50,261 bases of DNA from a virus (Duplodnaviria > Caudoviricetes): positions 1-50,261 of IMG/VR virus record IMGVR_UViG_3300037508_000928; one strand, given 5' to 3'. This document shows, one piece after another, positions 20,501 through 28,832 of the stretch. Below the pieces are notes generated by a model. The model saw only the letters and a program-made list of their open reading frames with translations. It did not search any database and was not told the DNA's origin. The position numbers and the translations under genes are program-made. Each line of letters starts with the position of its first letter. The first letter of the stretch is position 1.

Positions 20501-23500
20501 CCAACAATGCTTTCAAAAAGAACGCAGGCACCGATGTAACGACCGACATCATCATCATGCAGAAGCCTACACAGAATTTTACCAAGGGCGAGTCATGGGC
20601 TGCCTTGGCCAACGTCGGCACGGACGATGCACCGATCATGGTGAACGAGTATTTTGCCGCGCATCCTGAAATGGTGCTCGGCACTCATTCCATGGAAGGC
20701 AGTATGTACGGCGGTGACGGCAAGGAGTACACCGTACTGCCCACAGGCGACGACCTGACCGAGCAGATACGCGCGGCAATCGAGAAACTGCCCGAGGGCA
20801 TAGTTGGAGCCCACGTCGCTGACGACATTGATTTCGGCGCTATCGACGAAGCTGCTGGTGAGAAGGAGGGTTCCTTCCACGTCAAGGGCGGCAAGGTCGT
20901 GCGCGTTGAAAGTGGTAGCTTCGTCGATGCTGAATTATCTGCCGATTTGCAGGCGCGCGCCAAAGGCTTCATTGGACTGCGCGATCATTACATCAAGCAT
21001 CTGGCGCTGATGCGCAAGCCAGAAACCACCGACGAGCAATTTGCTGACTCGATGGCCGAACTGAATCGGCTCTATGATGCCTATGCAAAGAAGCACGGCG
21101 GCGTCAACGAGAAAAATACCAGACCCTTCCGCAGCGACCCAGGCTACTTCCTGCTGGCCGGTACGGAGAAAGTCACAACAACCATCAATCCTTTAACGAA
21201 GAGGAAACTCGAAACCACTTCAAAGGGTGACGTTTACTCGAAGCGCACCATTGACCCCAGCGTGCGCCCGACCAAGGCAGGTAATGCCGAAGACGCCCTT
21301 AGAATCTCGCTCACATATCGCGGGCAGATTGATTCGGATTACATGGCGCAACTCACAGGGGAGAGCGCAGAGGATACGCTCGCGGAGTTATCTTCCAGTG
21401 GGCTTATCTTCATCAACCCTGAGAATGGACTCGCAGAGCTTTCCGCGTTCTACCTGAGCGGCAACGTCAAAAAGAAGCTGGCCATAGCAAAGGATGCAGG
21501 CGAGGACTACAAGGCGAACGTCGAAGCGCTGGAGAAGGTGCAGCCGTCCCGCGTTCCGTATTCGAAGATCAAGCCTCAACTGGGGGCAACTTGGATACCC
21601 TCGACGCTGGTACAGGAGTTTGCCGATAAGGTGCTGGGACGCGGCTTTGGGGCAATCAAGGTTTCCTATCTTGGGAAGGCTGCTGACGCTTGGCTTATCG
21701 AAACCAAGGGTAGTGGCGCCAAGCGCGACTTTCTTGGTCCGCGTGGGCTCCAAGAATTTGCGGTAATCGAGAAGTCAAAGACCAACCCTGATGCTCCCGG
21801 CTACATGCGGCGACATGCACTGGACGTTCTTAATGGCGTGCTGAATCTGAAAGACCTCATCATCAAGGACGAGGTGGAAGATAAGAAGTACGTTACAAAC
21901 GAAGAAATGACGCGGGTGGCGCGCATCAAGGCCGAGCAACTTAAAGAAGCGTTCATAACCTGGATAAACAGCAACCCCGACCGTATGCTCGCCATCGAGG
22001 ATGCTTACAACGAGCTCTACAACTTCTACGTTCCTCCCGTTTATGACGGCTCGCATTTGGTCTTGCCGGGTAAGTCGAACACCGTCAAGTTATATGACCA
22101 CCAGTACAATGCCATCTGGCGCATGATCGTGGAACGCCGTGGGATGGTGGCCCATGCGGTAGGTGCTGGCAAGACCTTCGAGATTATCGGGGCATGTATG
22201 GAAATGCGCCGATTGGGCATCTCCAAGAAACCAATGATCGTGGTTCAGAATTCTACGATGGAGCAGTACGCGCGCTCCTTCACAAAACTCTATCCTTCTG
22301 CGAATGTCCTCGTGGCAGACGTGGAAAGTCTGAAGAAGAATAAGCGCAAGCAGTTCCTTGCACACATCGCCGCGAGCGACTACGACGCGGTGATCATCGC
22401 TCAAAGCCAGTTTGACCGTCTGCCCAGCGACCCCGTTACTGAGACGACCGTGACCCAGAAACTCATTGATGAACTGCGCATATCGCACAACGAATTGAAA
22501 GAGGCCGAGGGAGAGCGTAGTCAGTCGGTGAAACAACTGGCGAAGTCCATCGAAAAGCTGGAAGACAGACTTAGCAAGATCACGGCAAGCATGAAAGGGC
22601 GGCAGGACGACGTAATCTACTTCGAGAGCCTTGGCGTGGATACGCTGTTCATTGATGAGGCGCACAACTACAAGAAGCCGCCATTCGTCACGAAGATGCC
22701 CAGCCTCCTCGGGCTGAACAAAGACTCATCGGATATTGCCACGAACCTGATGTTGAAAGCGCATTACATCCGGCATATCAATGCTGGGAAGGGCGTCTTC
22801 CTTGCCACTGGCACGCCGGTAACCAACACGCTTGGTGAAGCGTGGCACATGCTGAACCTTACGAGCCCAGACGTACTCGCGGAATTCAACGCAGAGACAT
22901 TCGACCGCTTTGCTTCTACCTTTGCCAAACGCACAGTGGAGTGGAGCCAGAACGCGGGCGGTTCATGGGTGCCCAAATCGGCACTGACCAGATTCACCAA
23001 CGGGCAGGAATTGATAAAGCTCATACGTTCCCAGTGGGACGTGCTCATGAAAGACGACCTTGATGAGCAGATGATTGCAGCAGGCAAGGACATGCCCAAG
23101 CTGGAGGGGGGCGCGCCGAAGATTATTTCAGTAGAAGCCACGCCCAGAGTCAAGGAATTCTCCGATTGGGCTACGCGCGTCTATCAAGACTTCACGAAAC
23201 TGACCGGAGAGGCGAAGCAAGAGTTCGGCTATATCCCTGTAATGCTTTACGGCGCCATGAAAGCGGTAGCCACTGATTCACGCCTCGTGGACCCGACTGC
23301 CCCTGACGAGGCAGGTTCCAAAGTAAACGTGATGCTGAAAAATGTTATCGAGATTTACGATGACACCAAAAAAAACAAGTCCACGCAGATGATCTTCTGC
23401 GATATGTTCAACCCCTTCAAGATGGATAAGTTACACGCCTTCGCTGGGGGTATTAAGGACGATGATGCAGACGGAGACATCATCCTTAATGATGGTGAGG

Positions 23501-26500
23501 ATGTCGAGGAAACTGCCGCCGATAAGGAAAAAGAGCGCGAGTCCGAGGTCAACGGCTTTGTGGTGAACGACATCATAGCCAAGCTGGTAAAGGCGGGGGT
23601 GAAGCGGGAAGAGATTGGCGTAATGGCCACGGCGAACACCGACGCTAAGAAGCAGGCCATATTCGACGGCATGAATTCTGGGTCAATTCGCATCCTGATT
23701 GGTAGCTCGCAGCGCATGGGCGTCGGCGTGAACGCCCAGGACAAGATGATAGCCCTGCACCATCTGGATACTCCGTGGTATCCAGCGCTGCTTGAACAGC
23801 GCGAGGGTCGTATCCTCCGCCAAGGGAATGAGAACCCAGAGGTAAAAATCTTCTCCTATGGAATGAAGAAGACGCTCGACTCTGCCATCTACTCCAAAGT
23901 GCTCTACAAATCAAAGTTCATCCAGCAGATTCTCAGTGGCAAGATGAATGATGATGAATTTGAAGACCCGGCTGGGCAGATTGTCGTCTCTATGGAAGAG
24001 GCGATGGCCGCATTTGCTGACGACCCGAGACTCTTCCGAAAGCTGGACATACAGAACGAACTACGCGATCTGGAAATCCGCCGACGTTCCTACCTCGACA
24101 ACGTGGTGCGCGCCAAAGAAAAGATAGCCGAGCTTGCACGCGGTATCGAATACTGGAACGCCCGCATTAAAGACGCGGCAGAAGCTATTCCTGGCTCCAA
24201 GGTAAGCGGCAACCCCACCATAACGGTGGACGGCAAAGACTACACGGCGAAGACGTTCAAGGACATCTTCGAGAAGCAGGTAGAGACTGTACCGGCGAAA
24301 CTTGCCGCCGACAACATCGCGGCGGCAGACAGCTATACAATACAGCAATGGGCAGAGGGTAAAGCTGAAAAGCCAGCAAGCGTCTTCCTTTATGGCGAGA
24401 TTGGTGGGAGCGATATTAAATTTGCCGTGGTCGCTGGGAGGGCTCCAGGACAGATTACTGATGGCGATTCGATAAAGACCGATTACTCCATACGCATTTG
24501 GACCCCCAGTGTCGGTGTGCGGTCGGAAGCGAAGAAGATCGAATCGTTCATCAACGCCTTGCAGGCAGTTGAACGTGAAACGCAGAAGAAACTGCGCGAG
24601 GCCCAGGATACGCTTGCGGCTAGGAAGCAAGACCTTTCTGTCGCTGAGGAGATGGCGAAGGGTAGAACCTTCCCACAGGAAGATGAATACCAGTCCTTGA
24701 AGAAGGAACTGGACGAATTAAATGAATCGCTGGCCAAGGCACAGGAACTGGACTCGGACGGCCCAGCGCCAGCCACGGCCATGGACCCGATTGGTGATCT
24801 CGCTCGGCTGCTGGATGCAGGGAAGCCGTTCGCCCAGGCTACCTACGAGCGGGCCAAGCCATACCTGCGGGCACTGTACGACGCGGCCAAGGACGCCAAG
24901 GCCTTCATCGCCACGGTGGTGAAGCAGATTGGCGAGCACGCCCGCCGCTATGCCACCAAGGCCGCAATCGAGTTTCGCCGCGCTGGGAACCGGGGGGCGG
25001 CGCTGAATCCGTTCGGTGAGAAGCCCAAGCCAAAGGTTACGCCCTCGGGCGCACCGCCTGTTGGGGAATTCCGCCAGGATGGCGACGACCCCGACCAGCC
25101 AGCACGCCTGCCCCAGTCCGCCATGCTGCGCATGGTCAAGAACCTTCTGGGGAACACGCCCGACATTGTGAAGCGTTTCCCGAGGAAGCCTGAAAGACTG
25201 GGCGTGTTCAATCATGGCTTAGGCGATGCCACTATCCGCCTGCGGGCTGACCTTGCCATTGGCGAGCGCGTATCTGAGAGCGTCTCGAAGAAGCCTTTCG
25301 GTGAAGATGAGAAATCCGACTTCATTGAGGCAGTGGCCGAGCAGCTTGACGTTTCCACTGACGAGATTGTGGTGCGCACCGAGACTGAGCGCTCGGGCGG
25401 TCGCACGGTATACGTCATGCGGGCCTACCTGCGCGACGAGGATTACGCCGCGCGCGTGTTCGCCCACGAGTTGGGGCACGCGATTGACTACCTGCCAGAC
25501 GGAACACTCAAGCGCGGCAATCTCCTTGGGCGCATTGCCAAGCTGCAAATGTACCTGAAGACGTCCCTGGCGCCTGATCCTGAATCGCTGGAGGAACCCT
25601 TCACGAAGCAGGAGCGCGCGAAGTGGCGCCGGGAGGCTGCTGCTGATGCAAAGCGGGACTATGGCCCGTTCGACAAAGACCAGAGCGATGAACGGTCCTT
25701 CTACACGAGGGAGTATTACAGGTATCGTCTCATTCAGGAAGCCGAAGATCGTGGGATGCTGCTGGAGAACGAGATCAAGTCTGCGATTCCGGGCGCATGG
25801 AAAGTAAAGTATCCCGGCGTCCGCGACGAACTAAAGGCACTCACCCACTGGTGGAACCCCTTCGACGCAGACCGTGACCCGAAGTACACCAAGTATCGGT
25901 ACTCTGGCAAGGAACTCTATGCCGAGGCCATGAGCGTGCTTCTCAACAATCCGCGCATGTTCGAGGCGAAAGCCCCTGAGTTTGCGCGCGGCTTCTTCGC
26001 CTACCTTGAGCGCAACCCCAAGGTGCAGGAACTCTATGAGCAGATTCAGACCGAACTCCACGGTGGGACCTTCGAGGGCACCGTGCTCGATGACCTGTAC
26101 GCCATGCAGGAGCGAGGCGAGATCAAGCGCAAGGCAAAGCACAAGCGCGATAAGCAGCCACTAAGCAAGCAGGTCAACGACTTCTTCCACGATCTGAAGC
26201 TCACCCTGATTGACCGGCAGGCAGATGTTTGGCGGACGGGCGATTCCTGGCTTGACCCCTACGTGTGGTTGCGGGAGATGAAATATCTCCACTCGTCTCA
26301 TCATGGGTTTCAGCGCGATATTCAGAAGATGGTATTGAACCCGCTCCGTGTTGTCGGGTTGAGCGAGAAAGACTTTGGCGTCTTCCTGTTCTTGCGCCGT
26401 ACCTCAACCGAGCGCAAATACCTATTCAACCCTATGGGCGTTACCGAGTCCGAATCTAAGAATTTGCTAGAGGAACTAGAGGGGCGCGTGGGTAGTGATG

Positions 26501-28620
26501 GAATGGATGCTCTGCGGAAGGCTGCCAACGAGTACCACGATTTGCGCAAGGAGTATGTTTTCCCGCTGCTTCGCAAATCACGGATATTCTCCAAGGAGAT
26601 GCTGGAGCTCATTGAGAGCAACGAGAACTACGCCACGTTCAACGTGATTGAATATATCGAGGAATTCTATTCCACGAAGTCAAACGCAGACAATGCTCGT
26701 ATCTTCCATCAGTTGGGCACACTGAAGGATGTCGAGAACGTCTTCGAGGCCACGATCCTGAAGGACATGGCTCTGATGCGGCAGGCCACGAAGAACAAGG
26801 CCAAGATGACGGTGATTGATGTCGGCAAAGACATGGGCGAAATCGAAGATGCCCCGATGCGCCGCAAGGCGGGTGGGGAGGCATTCTACGAAGAGCCGAA
26901 AGACCCGAACCTGACGGTCATGAAATACTCGCTGGACGGCAAGGTGCAGGCCGTTATCATCAACAAGGACATCGCACAGAATTACGAGAGTAATCTGGTC
27001 GAGATGAACAATTTCACCAACATCGTCCAGTCACTCTACTTCTCTGGCTGGTTCCGCAAGTCGCTCACCACATGGAACCCCGGCTTTGGCCCGATTGCTT
27101 TCGGGAAGGATGTCTGGGGCAGTTACAAGAACCTTCCTGGAAAGAACCCGCTCCGTACTATCGAGAGCCTTATCATGACGGCACGGGATGCCTACATTGA
27201 TGTTGCCTTAAAACAGTCCACGATGCTGACGCATTTCGCTTACAAGAACAACTTGCTGATCCCCGACATCTCCTACGACGCTGGAAGTGAACTTGATTAT
27301 GAGACGGAACTTGAGCGACAGACTTGGGTCCATGGGCTGATTGCTGATAAACACCCAAACAGAAACATTTTCTTGCGCACGCTCAAAAAGACGGGCGATA
27401 CAGTAGAAGCGTGGAACCTGTTCTTCGAGCGCTGGTCGAAACTGGCTGGCACCTACCGCATGATCAACGAAGGTTACTTCGAGCGGGAGGGTATGCAGGC
27501 CAGCCAGCGCATCCGCACACAAGCAGGCACTCCTGATGCGCTTGCTGGGGGCAAGTGGCGGCGCCCCATGAACGGCATATTCCTGTTCTCGAATATCGGG
27601 ATACAAGGCCTGGAGGCTACGTACCGGGCTGCCAAGGAACAGAAGCTGTCCTATCTGTTCAAGGTGGCTGCGGTCGATGTCGCTCCCAAGCTGCTGATGC
27701 GCGGCTTCCAAATGGGGCTGGCAGGCTGGCTGTTTGGGCTGGACGAGGAAGATGACTGGCTGAAGCGATTCTACAACGCGGTTCCCGACAGGGACATGGC
27801 GAACTACACTATCATCCCTCTTGGTTTCAGGAAGGATGGCACGCCGGTCTATATCCCACTTCCTTCAGACCACGTTGGCATGTTCTTCGGTGGGCTGGCA
27901 TGGGGCGTAACGCGCCCATTGGTCGATGAAAATATCGACATGAGCGAAATTGGACGCACGTTCGTAAACCAGAGCCCAATCAAGCCTGACGGATTGACGC
28001 TTCCTCCTGCGCTGGCCCTTGACCTCATGCTGCTGGCCACGGGGGTATCTCCCTACGACACGTGGCGTGGGACCCCTGCGATTAGCCGTGGTGCGATGGA
28101 TGCGGGTGTCGTTGCTCCCGCCATGCGAGGAGAGATTCCTCCCGCCGTCAAGGAAATAGCCTTGTACGAAGCACAGAAATACTTCAGCACGGTATTCGTT
28201 TTCAACAGCGATGCTGCAAAGGACGATATGTTTAACGAGATAGGGCGTATGCCGGTTGTCGGCCCCATCCTGCGTCGGTACGTTCGAGCCTCAGACAAGG
28301 GTATCGAGCAGCGCATGAGGCGGGAGAAGTCGAGCATCCTGGCCGAGCAGGCAGCGACTTCCGAGCAGATTGGCGGCATCATCACGAAGCAGATCAAGGC
28401 GGCTGGCCGGGGCGGGGACCGCATCGACGCCTGGCGCGAAGTGAACCGGCAGGTCCGAGAGGGGAAGTTGCTGTATGATGGCCACAACTGGCGCACGATG
28501 ACGGGGCTGGTGCAGCGGCGATTCAATCACGCTTGGACCATGACCTACGGCACGCCAGAAGAGAAGCTGAAGGCGACCACGAGCAAGGCGGTTCGGCGGG
28601 AAATGACGACCGACAACTGA
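14557..28620 (+). CDS. Giant (4687 aa) polyvalent internal virion protein: SLT transglycosylase, HExxH domains, N6-DNA methylase + SNF2 helicase (DarB-like), LPD38-like C-terminus
   Basis: SLT motifs AESNF/GVMQLMP/YNFG; ASHEIRH (~16597); VLEPGAGVGNF (~20100) and NVPF (20296); AHAVGAGKT (~22150), DEAH (~22654), QREGRILRQGN (~23800); FAHELGH (25465) with downstream ELYAE. Confidence 0.9.
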   Translation: MAKGDIVPIASVQQGGTATAPMESQTAKRRVPIESVADPVVSKVLAAAKRYNVNPTLATAVAKAESNFVQQSVSPVGATGVMQLMPGTAKDLGVDPWNEDQNIDGGVRYLGQMLERAGGDVDKALEYYNFGMGNVDAGKPLPAETVQYKARIKKLMGITDPPITAAQAEAIIPKQQSNFSKAMGMGDVQAPVGWQPTGEDVAAPVAAVQDALHAIPKFPGERALAAQGERYMEFLNPTTPAGPWERGFTQGATNAATQGNAVKRVVVGGLADAGSGLLSSVATLGADRKTADQIAADKAILSEASLETDKQNLGAVGRVLRPATQNAVSNIAQVGVASAGGFPVIATQFMTTSYDDGLRQAQAAGLQGEDMLNYARRQSLYEGGVMAAFQAVGLPGLEKLPFMAIAPAVVNQVKTSLAPAMKRTLMTFGQELPEETITWALQTADSQMSNVRKPMTTEEYTKEWLNLALETALSVGASSTRDLARGVRDSVVSDFSGIVQPDTFNPEMQLGGVLPQPAAEVPVEADIAASQQATTPESPIVDIPAGEANPEEPEQPKKKAKLIYADMPTEQLQSLLEQGGMANPVKVAIQRELANRIAPEQPVAPKQPWDMTREEYDQSRVDELNALNPQLGGRLKLEILSEEEQAQRPTLDSAPGAKSVGGHYGSTITRAQNAPSGTASHEIRHMIDLLLGGNQVTAYVNDLKTKFKDRFSLLTDYLKSARKDGKIGGRTTVDEETAQMVLHAFYKDREGLRSASPDIVQFLEEMGADKYSHLQDSHKSKVEQALRDGKPVPPAVLAEYPDLAEKYGKPTPGQQMLRRPVAERLVPELQRLHFPTTFTGQPTPGQQMLRRPQGEAPQDTLSQPETSEQVQGNTPAQADTPESTPIAAPVNQPLELQSPDAVRKAAAAPKIEELKRQYEEARLVNNVRDGLRIEAQLQGGPEFTDPAAQAAVKQQLVAVDQAISERRPVNAEAMRDWANVATSNGFDESGNIPRRGIPSGYAQDGDVYTFQLDSPTPGFLPQAQELANPNWNKPAAPDAKQQALKDAAQNLAAIEGKAEPVISAGQNTAFDKLTEKPKERKPWFESYEELSEHLATALPDHSVSHVGQSVSVYGKYNDQQLVKEWAEALPMRSDVDALVKKLRPQEQPVTDSAPAPTRAEKIAQRRARAKAELTSVPDVAPQTAGPRGQYAIPGEEETVRAQEQEVVDRAAFRDRVLSEFEDQELTDRIVTDLWPAARKAPEYIKKGMSIEETTTTIRNNTDETYLRDYPDLNENALLRVLDGHAEDIGAKDTAGFRRQVDNLQTMHPDLPRKSIERMVEAVDAGDARAVKAILHPGNPGSHDIFQAITGYELPSKSKRTQKAVHAIVDEWWGKLAPESRVPELELDTSLPREKYIKLFVDRDPAVQAAADDQVEDARHHAERVAEGRWLAANPKAPVDDMNGFLAGKIPMQAGNIKKQLAKTYNFNGTELQTYQSFIEKHWSDGSLIAQIYDDGETRQHIVNGYNLPKTAFDYAQHLLGDRAIQETPLQAKQAELRDLMQKIRNESQFNRKIELNQKINKVRSEIGELKRPDWVKDAIADTINTETPTDGREDIQGQPDEQPDVVGGTGAPRRDAAPSSGDSSGETGEAGGTAGSQDTAGDRRDIRPSTEGDELRGSGGAGKPGRTSPRVGSPRGTAGDSTERDGGTEAGGVQKGSNGVKAEKVDDGKRNHRIGEDDTIAPDGQISKIKANLRALRILKELDQQERDATPEEQKALAQYTGWGHSPQVFDEKKAQWFENEYPYSVSQRDTKWGDKFYQHYKEAKELLSRSEWMAGLKSTQYAHYTAKNVVQSMWKIAERLGFSGGRVLEPGAGVGNFLGLMPDGFKGTTFVAVELDDTSGRILQKLYPKAKIFIKGFQDAKIPPNSVDLVITNVPFSSNGPKDTPYPTLNLHNYFFARSLDVLKPGGIVVAISTHYTMDANPKQREFLASKGNLVGAIRLPNNAFKKNAGTDVTTDIIIMQKPTQNFTKGESWAALANVGTDDAPIMVNEYFAAHPEMVLGTHSMEGSMYGGDGKEYTVLPTGDDLTEQIRAAIEKLPEGIVGAHVADDIDFGAIDEAAGEKEGSFHVKGGKVVRVESGSFVDAELSADLQARAKGFIGLRDHYIKHLALMRKPETTDEQFADSMAELNRLYDAYAKKHGGVNEKNTRPFRSDPGYFLLAGTEKVTTTINPLTKRKLETTSKGDVYSKRTIDPSVRPTKAGNAEDALRISLTYRGQIDSDYMAQLTGESAEDTLAELSSSGLIFINPENGLAELSAFYLSGNVKKKLAIAKDAGEDYKANVEALEKVQPSRVPYSKIKPQLGATWIPSTLVQEFADKVLGRGFGAIKVSYLGKAADAWLIETKGSGAKRDFLGPRGLQEFAVIEKSKTNPDAPGYMRRHALDVLNGVLNLKDLIIKDEVEDKKYVTNEEMTRVARIKAEQLKEAFITWINSNPDRMLAIEDAYNELYNFYVPPVYDGSHLVLPGKSNTVKLYDHQYNAIWRMIVERRGMVAHAVGAGKTFEIIGACMEMRRLGISKKPMIVVQNSTMEQYARSFTKLYPSANVLVADVESLKKNKRKQFLAHIAASDYDAVIIAQSQFDRLPSDPVTETTVTQKLIDELRISHNELKEAEGERSQSVKQLAKSIEKLEDRLSKITASMKGRQDDVIYFESLGVDTLFIDEAHNYKKPPFVTKMPSLLGLNKDSSDIATNLMLKAHYIRHINAGKGVFLATGTPVTNTLGEAWHMLNLTSPDVLAEFNAETFDRFASTFAKRTVEWSQNAGGSWVPKSALTRFTNGQELIKLIRSQWDVLMKDDLDEQMIAAGKDMPKLEGGAPKIISVEATPRVKEFSDWATRVYQDFTKLTGEAKQEFGYIPVMLYGAMKAVATDSRLVDPTAPDEAGSKVNVMLKNVIEIYDDTKKNKSTQMIFCDMFNPFKMDKLHAFAGGIKDDDADGDIILNDGEDVEETAADKEKERESEVNGFVVNDIIAKLVKAGVKREEIGVMATANTDAKKQAIFDGMNSGSIRILIGSSQRMGVGVNAQDKMIALHHLDTPWYPALLEQREGRILRQGNENPEVKIFSYGMKKTLDSAIYSKVLYKSKFIQQILSGKMNDDEFEDPAGQIVVSMEEAMAAFADDPRLFRKLDIQNELRDLEIRRRSYLDNVVRAKEKIAELARGIEYWNARIKDAAEAIPGSKVSGNPTITVDGKDYTAKTFKDIFEKQVETVPAKLAADNIAAADSYTIQQWAEGKAEKPASVFLYGEIGGSDIKFAVVAGRAPGQITDGDSIKTDYSIRIWTPSVGVRSEAKKIESFINALQAVERETQKKLREAQDTLAARKQDLSVAEEMAKGRTFPQEDEYQSLKKELDELNESLAKAQELDSDGPAPATAMDPIGDLARLLDAGKPFAQATYERAKPYLRALYDAAKDAKAFIATVVKQIGEHARRYATKAAIEFRRAGNRGAALNPFGEKPKPKVTPSGAPPVGEFRQDGDDPDQPARLPQSAMLRMVKNLLGNTPDIVKRFPRKPERLGVFNHGLGDATIRLRADLAIGERVSESVSKKPFGEDEKSDFIEAVAEQLDVSTDEIVVRTETERSGGRTVYVMRAYLRDEDYAARVFAHELGHAIDYLPDGTLKRGNLLGRIAKLQMYLKTSLAPDPESLEEPFTKQERAKWRREAAADAKRDYGPFDKDQSDERSFYTREYYRYRLIQEAEDRGMLLENEIKSAIPGAWKVKYPGVRDELKALTHWWNPFDADRDPKYTKYRYSGKELYAEAMSVLLNNPRMFEAKAPEFARGFFAYLERNPKVQELYEQIQTELHGGTFEGTVLDDLYAMQERGEIKRKAKHKRDKQPLSKQVNDFFHDLKLTLIDRQADVWRTGDSWLDPYVWLREMKYLHSSHHGFQRDIQKMVLNPLRVVGLSEKDFGVFLFLRRTSTERKYLFNPMGVTESESKNLLEELEGRVGSDGMDALRKAANEYHDLRKEYVFPLLRKSRIFSKEMLELIESNENYATFNVIEYIEEFYSTKSNADNARIFHQLGTLKDVENVFEATILKDMALMRQATKNKAKMTVIDVGKDMGEIEDAPMRRKAGGEAFYEEPKDPNLTVMKYSLDGKVQAVIINKDIAQNYESNLVEMNNFTNIVQSLYFSGWFRKSLTTWNPGFGPIAFGKDVWGSYKNLPGKNPLRTIESLIMTARDAYIDVALKQSTMLTHFAYKNNLLIPDISYDAGSELDYETELERQTWVHGLIADKHPNRNIFLRTLKKTGDTVEAWNLFFERWSKLAGTYRMINEGYFEREGMQASQRIRTQAGTPDALAGGKWRRPMNGIFLFSNIGIQGLEATYRAAKEQKLSYLFKVAAVDVAPKLLMRGFQMGLAGWLFGLDEEDDWLKRFYNAVPDRDMANYTIIPLGFRKDGTPVYIPLPSDHVGMFFGGLAWGVTRPLVDENIDMSEIGRTFVNQSPIKPDGLTLPPALALDLMLLATGVSPYDTWRGTPAISRGAMDAGVVAPAMRGEIPPAVKEIALYEAQKYFSTVFVFNSDAAKDDMFNEIGRMPVVGPILRRYVRASDKGIEQRMRREKSSILAEQAATSEQIGGIITKQIKAAGRGGDRIDAWREVNRQVREGKLLYDGHNWRTMTGLVQRRFNHAWTMTYGTPEEKLKATTSKAVRREMTTDN
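16982..17112 (+). repeat. ~35-bp imperfect direct repeat x2, encoding PTPGQQMLRRP twice
   Basis: agccgactcccggcca(g/a)ca(a/g)atgctgcgcaggccg at 16982 and 17078. Confidence 0.85.
19325..19657 (+). CDS. Nested overprinted gene (+1 frame) in the giant ORF; TnpV/DUF1896-like helical protein
   Basis: GGAG at 19311-19314 then ATG 19325. The 110-aa product looks globular and amphipathic, while the host frame here is low-complexity G/S/D/R/T linker. Confidence 0.7.
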   Translation: MDAKIFKDSLTNSPMWWEALAHLEEMQPRLLETLLAKPEKLVELLDHRTQQAIDAIYDLQQKGMSYEEAAERVSPDVLRPGWEAQGGLPEIPLNGMGERKLAAFRKAAME

Positions 28621-28797
28621 TACCTCAAAAGTACCAATTGACGGTAAAAAGGGCACGATTTGAAATGTAAATCCAGTGTTTCCGTAGGGTAAGCTATACT
28701 GCGTCAACATCATGTCAAGAGTCTCCTATACTGTAAGTGTTTGCAGCACAACACTTAAAGAATCGCCTTGACGTACCTGATACCATAACGATACCAT
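28619..28797. other. Putative attP region
   Basis: AT-richer intergenic region before the integrase. TACC-core repeat pairs at 11-bp spacing at both ends (28619/28630; 28779/28790). Palindrome TAAGTGTT-N8-AACACTTA (28734-28757) with IHF-like CAA-N4-TTA. Confidence 0.5.
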
Positions 28798-28832
28798 CCT
28801 GCCAGCTTAATCGCGTTGATTTTGGAGGCAAT

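Noticed and set aside
23368-23375. A8 run as a programmed frameshift or phase-variation site
   Set aside because: Lies in the helicase region, whose downstream motifs continue in the same frame; no evidence for an alternative product.
28692-28720. dif-like site (CAACATCATGTCAAG resembles a XerD arm)
   Set aside because: No XerC-like arm ending in ATAA at the right spacing; the same sequence is better explained by the promoter/operator shared with 41841-41858.
28700-28730. tRNA-Val fragment (CTTGACAT on the minus strand) as att core
   Set aside because: No anticodon stem, T-arm or CCA end around it; no tRNA gene found anywhere.
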